Origin: a virus
Reading direction: 5' to 3' (one strand)
DNA: 64,000 nt
Virus record (IMG/VR): IMGVR_UViG_3300031565_000014
Coordinates: 1-64,000 of that record
Shown: piece after piece, positions 8,407-16,924 of the stretch
How positions within the stretch are numbered: the stretch's first letter is position 1
Layout of the letters: the number at the start of each line of letters is the position of its first letter
Made by a program: the position numbers and the translations under genes
Notes under the pieces: model-generated
What the model saw: only the letters and a program-made list of their open reading frames with translations
What the model was told of the DNA's origin: nothing
Databases searched by the model: none

Positions 8407-8641
8407 TAAATTTCATTTAGAAAATGATGCTAATCAATGGATATTACATTTTCAAGAAGAGGGTGAATTAAATCCTAAAACAGGTAAAAATACTATAAGA
8501 ACTAATGTCTGGTATTCCGGAACTATAAAGAATTGCCTTAATAGATATATTACAGAAGCTGTTAAACCTTCTAAAGATGTTAAAGAACTTATTAAAAATA
8601 TTAGTAATTTAGAAAAAATTATTAATAATATTAAACTTTAA
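8390..8641 (+). CDS. Hypothetical protein (DUF5405-like pattern)
   Basis: LENDANQWIL...WYSGTIKNCLNRY pattern. Confidence 0.55.
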   Translation: MIKLDNKFHLENDANQWILHFQEEGELNPKTGKNTIRTNVWYSGTIKNCLNRYITEAVKPSKDVKELIKNISNLEKIINNIKL

Positions 8642-8782
8642 GCATTGATTATTACTGCTAACGGTTTGGCATATAAGATTAGGGGAAATTGGCTAACAGT
8701 TTTGATGAGAGGTTGCAAACTCTATTCATTAACACCTTCAGATGGTGACACAACAGCCCCTATTTTTTATCATGAGTACTTC

Positions 8783-8850
8783 TATACCCGATAAGGCATA
8801 AAATGAGTATAAAAGCCATCATTATACCCGAAAAGGTATAATAACGATGG
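8783..8850. repeat. Tandem palindromic motif TATACC-N6-GG(T/C)ATA, two copies
   Basis: TATACCCGATAAGGCATA (8783-8800) and TATACCCGAAAAGGTATA (8823-8840); the second extends to the ATTATACC/GGTATAAT and CCATC/GATGG stems. Confidence 0.75.
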
Positions 8851-8941
8851 GATAAACCAACATTACTTACAACGCCAAAACAAAAGCCGTTTTAATGGCG
8901 TATACACGATGTTGTAAACTGTGCGGATTATTAACTAAAAA

Positions 8942-9148
8942 ATGATGAAGATGGATAAAATAACTGATTATAAAATAAGAATAGGTGATAAATTAGATTA
9001 CGTTGAATACGGAAGCAAAGAGCGATTACCTGTAAAAGTGGTTAATATACTATTTGATGGCTTTGTATTCTTGATTGAATTTAAACACGAAAATGACAGA
9101 GCGAGTGGTGTAACTCAATACCCTGATAAATTAAAGCAAAGGTTGTAG
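8942..9148 (+). CDS. Small beta-rich (SH3/KOW-like) hypothetical protein; cassette-borne
   Basis: 68 aa, IRIGDKL...VKVV; bracketed by complementary attC-like half sites. Confidence 0.65.
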   Translation: MMKMDKITDYKIRIGDKLDYVEYGSKERLPVKVVNILFDGFVFLIEFKHENDRASGVTQYPDKLKQRL

Positions 9149-9309
9149 CATTGTTTATAACTCCAAAACAAAAGGCGTTTTAATTCCTATTTGATAAACA
9201 AACACAAAATTAACAATTAAACACTAACACAGTAGGTAAACATTGACTTAGCTTATTTGATGGCTATTTGATTTATACATTGTTACCCACTTTTAAAATT
9301 ACGGATAAA

Positions 9310-9516
9310 ATGAAAATAATTATTGAAAAAAACCAAAATGAAAGCCAAACACCAATAGTAACAATAGATACTAAAACTTGCTTTTACCCGTACGCCATTA
9401 GAAACGCCATTGAATTAGCTTTGGAACTTGATGGGTATGATAAAGAAACAATAAGAGAAGTGTTTGGAATAATGCCTGACGTTGAATGTAAAGCAGAAAG
9501 CGAGTTCATTGCATAA
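9310..9516 (+). CDS. Hypothetical protein (start ATG 9310)
   Basis: MKIIIEKN...; the upstream in-frame TTG start lies inside the attC-like arm. Confidence 0.65.
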   Translation: MKIIIEKNQNESQTPIVTIDTKTCFYPYAIRNAIELALELDGYDKETIREVFGIMPDVECKAESEFIA

Positions 9517-9531
9517 TAAAAATATAAGTTT

Positions 9532-9594
9532 TAAAAGGTGCTCTGTATGGGTGGAGCCTGAGTTAAATGACAGCAGTAAGTTCGCAGCCTTTTA
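9532..9594 (+). ncRNA. Candidate structured intergenic element (multi-stem)
   Basis: GC-richer intergenic segment; outer stem TAAAAGGT/GCCTTTTA, inner GCTCTGT/GTGGAGC and CTG...CAG. Confidence 0.35.
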
Positions 9595-9610
9595 TTAAAT
9601 AAAAAGAACT

Positions 9611-10114
9611 ATGAAAAAAGAATTAATTGAAGCGTATAAAAATGGATTTATAGAGGGTTCTGTATCTGCTAAAATGAATATGAATCACGATGTCGAAGGA
9701 ATGGCTGAAAGTTATGTTTATTCAGTCCTCCAAAAAGCAAAAGATGAAAACAAACAAAAGTTTTTAAATCTTGTAGATGGTAAAGATGAAACATTCTTTT
9801 CGGATTTACGGGATAGTCCCCAACAAGGCGGTAAAACCTCAGAGTTGGAACAACCTAAAGACGTTGAAGAGTTAGTGCAAAAAATCTATGATAAATGGAA
9901 TCATAAGTGGAGAGAATCTGCAATATCAGCAGAGGAATCAATCAAAGAAGCTATAAAAGATGCCCTAAACTTAGCCAATCAAAGAAGTGTTTTGGATGAA
10001 TATTTCTACACGGATTTAATGAAGCTAATCAATGAACATTGTAAGAATGGATTAAGCAAACCTGACTTAGTGTCAAAAATGAAGTATGCAACTCAATCGT
10101 GTGTTATGAGCTAA
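9611..10114 (+). CDS. Mosaic hypothetical protein
   Basis: 167-aa ORF composed of short helical segments. Confidence 0.6.
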   Translation: MKKELIEAYKNGFIEGSVSAKMNMNHDVEGMAESYVYSVLQKAKDENKQKFLNLVDGKDETFFSDLRDSPQQGGKTSELEQPKDVEELVQKIYDKWNHKWRESAISAEESIKEAIKDALNLANQRSVLDEYFYTDLMKLINEHCKNGLSKPDLVSKMKYATQSCVMS

Positions 10115-10146
10115 ATGGATGCAAAACAAACTAAACAAATAAACCA

Positions 10147-10278
10147 ATGAGAAATAAATTAATTAACGCTAAGATTCACAAAGTAAGAAAGAGAATCAAA
10201 TCAAAAAAGAAACGTAAACTTTGGAGGGTTAAATACTTAAACTCTTTTAGAGATTTTTATAGTAAATCATGGGAGTAA
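10147..10278 (+). CDS. 43-aa highly basic peptide (below ORF-track cutoff)
   Basis: MRNKLINAKIHKVRKRIKSKKKRKLWRVKYLNSFRDFYSKSWE*, preceded by the same AACTAAACAAATAAAC leader as the next gene. Confidence 0.55.
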   Translation: MRNKLINAKIHKVRKRIKSKKKRKLWRVKYLNSFRDFYSKSWE

Positions 10279-10296
10279 AAACTAAACAAATAAACT

Positions 10297-10509
10297 ATGG
10301 CCGACATCAGCAAATGCTTAGATGCAAAAGACTGTAAATTAAAACATTTCTGTTATAGATATACAGCAGAAGATGGAATATTCCAATCGTGGTCTAATAT
10401 GGCGGATTGGTCTAAATCAGGTAAAACCTGTCACAATAGAATAAAAAGAGAATGCCCTATGTGTGGACAAACAAAAGTACATAAAATGGGATGTCAATTA
10501 AATAAATAA
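10297..10509 (+). CDS. Small Cys-rich (Zn-binding) protein
   Basis: DISKC.....C.....CYRY and CPMC...H...C motifs. Confidence 0.65.
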   Translation: MADISKCLDAKDCKLKHFCYRYTAEDGIFQSWSNMADWSKSGKTCHNRIKRECPMCGQTKVHKMGCQLNK

Positions 10510-10513
10510 AACT

Positions 10514-10825
10514 ATGGATAAAACAACATTAGAAAAAATAATAAGAAAAAAAGCTGAGCAAAGGTTCATTAAAGAAGAAAAAGAATTAACTGGTTTCTTA
10601 TATAATCATCCTTTAGCAAAAGTGTTGAAAGTAGGAGAAAGTTATTTAATAGCTTCTAGACAAAATAGTATATTTACTGAATTTAGTTTAAAAGATAAAG
10701 AGTTTTTTAGCAATTATGCAGAAGAAAAAGAAAAATTAATTAAAAAATATGAACAATTAGAGTATGATCAATTACTTAATAAGCTTGACGATATAAAGTA
10801 TATCTTTAACTATTCTAATGAATAG
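10514..10825 (+). CDS. Hypothetical protein
   Basis: 103-aa ORF. Confidence 0.65.
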   Translation: MDKTTLEKIIRKKAEQRFIKEEKELTGFLYNHPLAKVLKVGESYLIASRQNSIFTEFSLKDKEFFSNYAEEKEKLIKKYEQLEYDQLLNKLDDIKYIFNYSNE

Positions 10826-11272
10826 TTATTTAACTATAGCATACATTATTAATCCGCCTAAACAGACGCTTGCTACTCCTATACCTATCTTGAACCAAGT
10901 TTTTTGAACTTCTACTTTATTTAAACGTAAGTTAAGCTTTTTAACATCAGCAGTTAAACCGGTTATTATACTTTTTTGATTATTAATTATAACACCATCT
11001 TGTTCTATTTGATAATTTTTAATAATTATCATTGAATCAAGTGTGCATATTTTATTTTCAGCAATAGTATATAATATCTCTAGTTCATTAGCTCTAACAA
11101 GCTTTGTAGAAATTTTTTGAAGTTCAGGTATATTATAGCTTACTGATGTTAAACTATCCGGAATATTACCAATTTGCTCGTATGATACTGTCGAGAATGA
11201 CAGGGTCATTAGTGTTGTTAATATAAACATAAATGGTTTTATACTTATATTTAACTTTAGTTTTTTGTTCAT
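10826..11272 (-). CDS. Spanin-like coiled-coil protein with N-terminal signal and C-terminal TM
   Basis: Hydrophobic N-terminal segment, coiled coil and WFKIGIGVASVCLGGLIMYAIV tail; overlaps the upstream gene as in spanin pairs. Confidence 0.5.
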   Translation of the reverse strand: MNKKLKLNISIKPFMFILTTLMTLSFSTVSYEQIGNIPDSLTSVSYNIPELQKISTKLVRANELEILYTIAENKICTLDSMIIIKNYQIEQDGVIINNQKSIITGLTADVKKLNLRLNKVEVQKTWFKIGIGVASVCLGGLIMYAIVK

Positions 11273-11507
11273 CTAATGAAATTAATGTTAATTCAAGTTT
11301 TTTTAATTCTGTAATAGCACTATCACGTTGTTGTTCAGCTTTGTTAATATTTTCTAAATAAGGTTTTGGATCAAATAATTTAATAGGTTCTTTATTCCTC
11401 ATTAAAATAACAGTAATGATCAACACTGCTATAATAGTAAGTAAAATTGTTAATATAATGTTATTTTTCTTCATTAATATTAGAGTTTTTAGAAAAATGT
11501 CTAACAA
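11166..11507 (-). CDS. i-spanin-like protein (N-terminal TM + coiled coil)
   Basis: MKKNNIILTILLTIIAVLIITVIL then a coiled coil; directly downstream of the holin-like gene. Confidence 0.55.
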   Translation of the reverse strand: MLDIFLKTLILMKKNNIILTILLTIIAVLIITVILMRNKEPIKLFDPKPYLENINKAEQQRDSAITELKKLELTLISLDEQKTKVKYKYKTIYVYINNTNDPVILDSIIRANW

Positions 11508-11712
11508 CAGATGCTCCTAACATTGCTCCTGAGTAAAACCACATAGAATCAAGAATAGTAGGGTTAACGTCATAAAAATGTAGTCCTTCTAATATAGAGC
11601 CTATTGCAGCTAATAAGCCTACTAATATACCCATAAATTTCTTAGAAGATACTTTATTGTCAACTTTAAATTCAGTAAATAGGTCTTTTATAAATTTAGA
11701 AAATTTAGACAT
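11461..11712 (-). CDS. Holin-like two-TM protein
   Basis: SSKKFMGILVGLLAAIG and WFYSGAMLGASVV helices with a charged C-terminus. Confidence 0.6.
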   Translation of the reverse strand: MSKFSKFIKDLFTEFKVDNKVSSKKFMGILVGLLAAIGSILEGLHFYDVNPTILDSMWFYSGAMLGASVVRHFSKNSNINEEK

Positions 11713-11753
11713 GAGTTAAATATTAAGGTTATATACCAATATATAAAATATAG

Positions 11754-12239
11754 ATGGAAATAGAAAATAATAATAAAAGTATTATTGTAGATAAGTTATC
11801 TACAAATTTCAAAAGAGACTTAGAAAACACTCTTGGTTTTCAATGTATTGTTAATGTTTTTATATTAGATTATAAATTATTATCAATTGATGTACTATAT
11901 AATATAGTTTCAGATCTACTTATTGAACAATGGGGTAATTCCGCCAAGTTTAAAAATCATAAAATTAGTTTAAATTATAAAATGCATAAAACTAGCAAAA
12001 TTGAAATAGTAGCTTACAGGCAGTTATTTTGTTATATAAGTAAAAAATATTTAAAAATAAATTCAGACGGAGTTATTTCTAATAAAATTGGTCAAGATAG
12101 GAGTTTAGTTTGGTCCTCTATTGGTAAAGTAGAAGACATGATTTCTATAGGTGACTCACTTTATATGAATATCTATCAAGATATACTTGACAAAATGAAA
12201 AAATATTCAAAAACAACAAATTATGAAAAAACTGTATGA
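11754..12239 (+). CDS. DnaA C-terminal-like HTH DNA-binding protein
   Basis: EIVAYRQLFCYI...I...IGQDRSLV..SI.KVED resembles DnaA domain IV (RQIAMYL...RDHxTV). Confidence 0.65.
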   Translation: MEIENNNKSIIVDKLSTNFKRDLENTLGFQCIVNVFILDYKLLSIDVLYNIVSDLLIEQWGNSAKFKNHKISLNYKMHKTSKIEIVAYRQLFCYISKKYLKINSDGVISNKIGQDRSLVWSSIGKVEDMISIGDSLYMNIYQDILDKMKKYSKTTNYEKTV

Positions 12240-12798
12240 CATACTTAACAAAAAAAAATTAACTCCTGATGAATATTACGTATTATGGAGTATAGAACAC
12301 TCTCAAGAATGCTCTTTAACTAATGTTGAGGAATTAAAAATTAAACTTATTAACAATAAGATGCTAATAAATGATAAAGTTATACCTAGTATATCTGAAG
12401 TTATTAATAGATTAGATCTTATGCTTAGTGATGATCCGGCTAAAAGAATGAGTCTTACAACAAATTATTCAGAAAAAGTTGTAGAATATCAGGATATGTG
12501 GCCAAAAGGTAAAGTTGGTGTTCACAATAGAAGATTATGGAATAGTTCTAAAAATCTAGAAGCTGCTTTTAAATGGTTTTTTAATAATTATAATTTTGAT
12601 TGGGAAATAGTTTTACAAGCCACTAAATTATATCTAAACCAAGAAGAAGATATAAGCTACCCTTTTACAAGAACATCAAAATATTTTATTAGGAAAACTG
12701 ATCCTGGGATGAGTTCTCAGAGTGATTTAGCAGACTATTGTGAGTTAATTTTAAATGGTGGAATAGACGAAGAAGAAGAGGTAAAACACTTCGTGTAA
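12223..12798 (+). CDS. Putative replication initiator/loader-like protein
   Basis: Immediately upstream of DnaB; Y..MWP, ATKLY and SKYFI.K motifs. Confidence 0.45.
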   Translation: MKKLYDILNKKKLTPDEYYVLWSIEHSQECSLTNVEELKIKLINNKMLINDKVIPSISEVINRLDLMLSDDPAKRMSLTTNYSEKVVEYQDMWPKGKVGVHNRRLWNSSKNLEAAFKWFFNNYNFDWEIVLQATKLYLNQEEDISYPFTRTSKYFIRKTDPGMSSQSDLADYCELILNGGIDEEEEVKHFV

Positions 12799-12800
12799 TA

Positions 12801-12832
12801 TTTGATAAATTCATCTATTTTACTTAAATTTA
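12801..12832 (+). promoter_or_regulatory. Bacteroidota-type housekeeping promoter (-33/-7)
   Basis: TTTG (12801-12804), a 20-nt spacer and TAAATTTA (12825-12832); consensus is TTTG-N19-21-TAnnTTTG. Confidence 0.5.
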
Positions 12833-12868
12833 CATAAGTAAAAAAAACCAACAAATACAATCAAATAT

Positions 12869-13849
12869 ATGTCGAAATGGAAAAGTAACTTTGATGGTTA
12901 CAGGGAAGCTGTTGCTTATATTGCAGGTAGGCATAAAGGGGAAATAACAAGTTTTGAGCTTCCTTGGCCTTCATTAAATGACGCTTTAGTTGGAGGATTT
13001 GAGTGGCATACTACTAATATTATAGGAGCTAGACCTGGTACAGGAAAAACATTATTTAAAGATCAACTTATAAGAGAGGGTTTTATTAAAAATAAAGATC
13101 CTTTTAATGTACTTGAATTTCAACTTGAAATGCCTGCAAGAACTATGGCTATGAGGGAATTTAGTAATTTAATAGGTCTTAGTTATAAACAATTGTGTTC
13201 AGCTAGTAATGATGTTTATGCTCCTAATATAACTGCTCAAGATTTTGAAAAGTGTAAAGCTGTAATGAACCGTGAAATTCATCCACCACATCATATTGTA
13301 GAAGACGCTCCTACAGTAGATGAATTAGAAAAAACAGTAGAAGAATATATGGAGCAATATTCAGGAAAAGATAGTAGTGGTAGATTACAGTATACAAATA
13401 CTATTGTAACATTAGATCACACTATTCTTGTGAGATATGGTAAAGAAGGTAGAACAGAAATGTTATATAGGTTAGGGGAAACTTTAACTAAATTAAAAAA
13501 GAAATTTCCAATATGTTTTATAATAGTTAGTCAGCTTAATAGAGAAGTTGATCAACTATTGAGGTGCGAGCCAGGTAAAGCAGGTAACTATATTAAGGAT
13601 TCAGATATATTCGGTGCAGATGCTATGCTACAGCATGCTGACACATTAATAGCCTTAGACAGACCTGCTAAACGTAACTTAAACCCATATGGACCCAATA
13701 GATACATAATAGACAACAAAGACATGATATTTTTATTTTTATTAAAAAATAGAGCAGGTGATACAGGTCTAATGCATTTTATGGCAAAATATGAAACAAT
13801 GGAGATGGTTGAGAGCGCTGAACCACAAATAAAACAAAAAAATAAATGA
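12869..13849 (+). CDS. dnaB: DnaB-like replicative helicase (no N-terminal domain)
   Basis: GARPGTGKT, FQLEM, VTLDH, SQLNR, GADAMLQHAD and KNRAG motifs. Confidence 0.88.
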   Translation: MSKWKSNFDGYREAVAYIAGRHKGEITSFELPWPSLNDALVGGFEWHTTNIIGARPGTGKTLFKDQLIREGFIKNKDPFNVLEFQLEMPARTMAMREFSNLIGLSYKQLCSASNDVYAPNITAQDFEKCKAVMNREIHPPHHIVEDAPTVDELEKTVEEYMEQYSGKDSSGRLQYTNTIVTLDHTILVRYGKEGRTEMLYRLGETLTKLKKKFPICFIIVSQLNREVDQLLRCEPGKAGNYIKDSDIFGADAMLQHADTLIALDRPAKRNLNPYGPNRYIIDNKDMIFLFLLKNRAGDTGLMHFMAKYETMEMVESAEPQIKQKNK

Positions 13850-14466
13850 CAATAGCAGAAGAAAAAAAGCAAAAAACAGCAGAGCTTCGCAAACTTCATG
13901 AAGATTTTCTTGAAATGATGGGGGGTAATGTTAAGTTTTATGGTCACTTAGCTTATAAACCTAAAGAGTTTCCTGAGTTAGGAGCTTGTATTAGTGTTTT
14001 TGAGTCACAAATAAGTGACACTAATGGGTTCTATGTAGAACTTGTTGATAAAGATTTAATACGTAAAGAAAATGATAGCGGTAAGTTATATTATTACGCG
14101 TATAACCCTCATTTTAAAGAAGAAAACCCTTGTGTAGACAGAGGTAGTTTTAAAACGTATTTTATACCTATAGACACGCTTAAATTAGCAAACGATAGTG
14201 TAGGAGGTAAAACACCGCAGGAAGTGGGTAAAAAGCTTATAAGTACAACAGGAGCTATTAAGACAACATCTACAAAATTAAAAGCTCAAGATGTAATTAT
14301 CGCAGATAAACTCACTGCAAATGATGAATTTAACACAGTACAAAATGATGCACCTTTCACACACTTGACCATTAAAGACTTTATGGCAATAACATGGAGA
14401 GTTCCTATAAGTGATAAAGATTTTATTAATGATCGTATAAAAAGTTTAAATAGTTATAATGGGTAA
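13846..14466 (+). CDS. Hypothetical replication-module protein
   Basis: 206 aa, translationally coupled to DnaB and the AAA ATPase. Confidence 0.7.
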   Translation: MTIAEEKKQKTAELRKLHEDFLEMMGGNVKFYGHLAYKPKEFPELGACISVFESQISDTNGFYVELVDKDLIRKENDSGKLYYYAYNPHFKEENPCVDRGSFKTYFIPIDTLKLANDSVGGKTPQEVGKKLISTTGAIKTTSTKLKAQDVIIADKLTANDEFNTVQNDAPFTHLTIKDFMAITWRVPISDKDFINDRIKSLNSYNG

Positions 14467-15166
14467 ACGAGTGTTAATTATTGCCGAGTCAGGTTCCGGC
14501 AAGTCGCATAGTATGCAATTTTTAGAACCTAAAGAAACATTTATTATTAACATAGCAAGTAAAGATCTACCTTTCAAAGGTTGGAAAACAAAGTATCCTG
14601 AGTGGACACCTAAATTCCAAGAAGGTAGACTATTTAATTCACAAGTTGATAATGGTAAATTTGTCGCTAAAAATGTACTAGATTGTTTAGATTATATTAA
14701 TACTAGCAGACCTGAGATTAAAAATGTTATTATTGATGATTATCAGTATATTTCAGCATTTGAATTTTTTCATAGATCAGATGAGAAGGGATATGAAAAA
14801 TTTTCTGATATAGGTAATAATATTATGAAAACTGCTGAAAAACCGATGTATTTGAGAAATGATCTTATGGTATTTTACCTAACTCACTCTGAAGAAATCA
14901 CGGATTCAACAGGTAGAAGTAAGCAAAAAGCTAAAACAATAGGTAGATTAGTAGATGATAAGCTTACTCTTGAAGGTTTATTTCCTATAGTATTATACGG
15001 AAAAAAAAGAGACAATTTAGAAAAAAATATTGTAGAATTTGGTTTTGACACCAAAGCTAACACAAAGAATACGTGTAAATCACCTGAAGGAATGTTTGAG
15101 AGTGAATTTATACCTAATAACTTACAGTTAGTTAGAGAGGCAATATTAAATTATGAAAAAGACTAA
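14459..15166 (+). CDS. AAA_24/Sak4-like P-loop ATPase
   Basis: AESGSGKS, VIIDDYQY, LTHSE, KTIGRLVD and CKSPEGMF motifs. Confidence 0.82.
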   Translation: MGKRVLIIAESGSGKSHSMQFLEPKETFIINIASKDLPFKGWKTKYPEWTPKFQEGRLFNSQVDNGKFVAKNVLDCLDYINTSRPEIKNVIIDDYQYISAFEFFHRSDEKGYEKFSDIGNNIMKTAEKPMYLRNDLMVFYLTHSEEITDSTGRSKQKAKTIGRLVDDKLTLEGLFPIVLYGKKRDNLEKNIVEFGFDTKANTKNTCKSPEGMFESEFIPNNLQLVREAILNYEKD

Positions 15167-15178
15167 AATTAAATAAAT

Positions 15179-15901
15179 ATGGCATTAAGTACAGCAAATG
15201 TAACCGTAGGATCAGGTAAACTACGTAAAAATATAGAACCAGGTAATAGATATGTTAAAATTAACAATATTACTATGGAAAAACCTAAATGGCAAGGAGC
15301 TCATGAATCAGAAAGATTCATATATCTTGATGTAGAAACAGAACCTATTGATGGTGATTTTGAAGGATTTTACAGAGACCCTAATAATCCTGAATTAGGT
15401 AGATATTCTGGTCAAATTGGTAAAGTAGCTTCAAGTAAGTATACTTATAAAGACTATGAAACTCAAGATGGTACTTTTCTTAACATGACTGATCAAGTTA
15501 TGAAATTTTTAGCAGGTTTTTGTAAAGAATTAGACATTACAGATTGGTGGTTAAGTATTGATGGTAAATTTGATACTTTAGAAGATATTGTATTTGCTTT
15601 AAATGAGCATAAACCATTTAAAGATAAGTATATTCACATGTGTGTAGCAGGTAAAGAATGGGAGAAAGATGGTTATATTAACCATAACTTATATTTACCT
15701 AAATATAATAGAACAGCTGGTCCAGCATTCTCTATGGATGAAGAATTAGTATGTAAGTTTACTATTACAGATCACATTGATAAGCTTAAAAATAAAAAAG
15801 CTGAACAAACAGTATCTTCTTTTGGGGGAGTTACTCCAGCTGCTGATCAATCAGCACCTAGTGCGGCTGGCTCACCTACACCATTCAGTATGAAAGATTA
15901 A
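15179..15901 (+). CDS. Putative single-stranded DNA-binding protein
   Basis: Located between the Sak4-like ATPase and primase; beta-rich core with a flexible tail ending in PFSMKD. Confidence 0.55.
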   Translation: MALSTANVTVGSGKLRKNIEPGNRYVKINNITMEKPKWQGAHESERFIYLDVETEPIDGDFEGFYRDPNNPELGRYSGQIGKVASSKYTYKDYETQDGTFLNMTDQVMKFLAGFCKELDITDWWLSIDGKFDTLEDIVFALNEHKPFKDKYIHMCVAGKEWEKDGYINHNLYLPKYNRTAGPAFSMDEELVCKFTITDHIDKLKNKKAEQTVSSFGGVTPAADQSAPSAAGSPTPFSMKD

Positions 15902-15923
15902 AACCAACATATAATCTTTTATT

Positions 15924-15958
15924 AAAAAGGGGTTGATTTATTTCAATCCCTTTTTTTT
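15924..15958 (+). terminator. Rho-independent terminator
   Basis: AAAAAGGGGTTGA-loop-TCAATCCCTTTTTTTT. Confidence 0.8.
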
Positions 15959-15969
15959 ATATTAGCATT

Positions 15970-16923
15970 ATGATAAAAACTAATAAAAGCTGGAATGTTG
16001 ATGATGTACCTATTACTTGGATATTTGAACACTTTTGTGGTTTAACAGAAAAATTAAAAGGACAAGACGTTAAGATTAATTCTGTGTTTAATACAGAGCG
16101 TACACCTAGTATGAGTATTTATATTGACACACAAGGTAAGTATAAATTTAAAGATTTTTCATCAGGTTACGGAGGTAATGCTATAAATTTAGTAATGTAT
16201 CTTAAAAATTTGTCATACCATGCTGCTGTTAGTTTGATTCTTAAAACTTATAATAATAAAAGTGAGAAATATGAAATAAGCTTATTAAATGGTGTAAATT
16301 TTGTTAAAGATAAATACTCTGTTACAAGCTATGAGTTAAGACAGTGGAACATGTTAGACGCTGATTATTGGGGTGAGTATCAGATAGGGTCAGCTTTATT
16401 AGAAATGCATAATGTGAGGCCTTTAAAAAGCTTTACTATGTCGAATAATGATGATACTATTATTTTTAGTGATAATCATATTTATGGTTATTTTAGATCA
16501 GATGGTGAATTATATAAAATATATCAACCATTTAAGCTCAGACAAAAATTTATAAAAGTTAAAGATTTTTTACAAGGTTCTGAACAGTTAGTTTACGACA
16601 AGAAAAATTTAGTTATATGTTCCGGCCTAAAGGATTTAATGTCTTTTAAACTATTAAAGTTTAACACTGAAGTAGTAGCTCCTGATTCAGAAAATAGTAT
16701 GATAAAACCTGCTATTATGTTATTATTTAAAAATAAATATGAAAATATTTATACTCTATTTGATAACGATAGAGCTGGTAAATTATCAATGGAGAAATAT
16801 ACAGCATTGTATATAACTAAACCTATAAAGATAACACTAGATAAAGATGTAGCAGATTGCGTAAAAAATCACGGATTAATTAAATCTAAAGAACATATTA
16901 GTTCTTTAACACAATTTTTATAA
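15970..16923 (+). CDS. DnaG-like TOPRIM primase
   Basis: ERTPS...FKDFSSG degenerate zinc-binding region, ICSGLKD, APDSE, FDNDRAG and KDVAD motifs. Confidence 0.82.
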   Translation: MIKTNKSWNVDDVPITWIFEHFCGLTEKLKGQDVKINSVFNTERTPSMSIYIDTQGKYKFKDFSSGYGGNAINLVMYLKNLSYHAAVSLILKTYNNKSEKYEISLLNGVNFVKDKYSVTSYELRQWNMLDADYWGEYQIGSALLEMHNVRPLKSFTMSNNDDTIIFSDNHIYGYFRSDGELYKIYQPFKLRQKFIKVKDFLQGSEQLVYDKKNLVICSGLKDLMSFKLLKFNTEVVAPDSENSMIKPAIMLLFKNKYENIYTLFDNDRAGKLSMEKYTALYITKPIKITLDKDVADCVKNHGLIKSKEHISSLTQFL

Positions 16924-16924
16924 A

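Larger units (their letters stand above)
8642..9300 (+). mobile_element. Degenerate integron-like cassette array with attC-like sites
   Basis: Left arms ending in AAC (TGCTAAC ~8656, TTACAAC ~8867, TTATAAC ~9155) and right arms TATAC-N3-5-GTT (8901-8913, 9274-9284) enclosing hairpins; 8911-8924 is the near reverse complement of 9148-9161. Confidence 0.55.

Noticed and set aside
8642-8794. Open frame continuing in-frame after the TAA of the 83-aa gene (possible readthrough or 49-aa TTG-start ORF)
   Set aside because: It runs through the attC-like hairpin and has no good start context, so it is better explained as structured non-coding DNA
8640-10520. CRISPR array or mini-array interpretation of the repeats
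   Set aside because: The repeats are few, imperfect, irregularly spaced and separated by whole genes rather than 30-40-nt spacers
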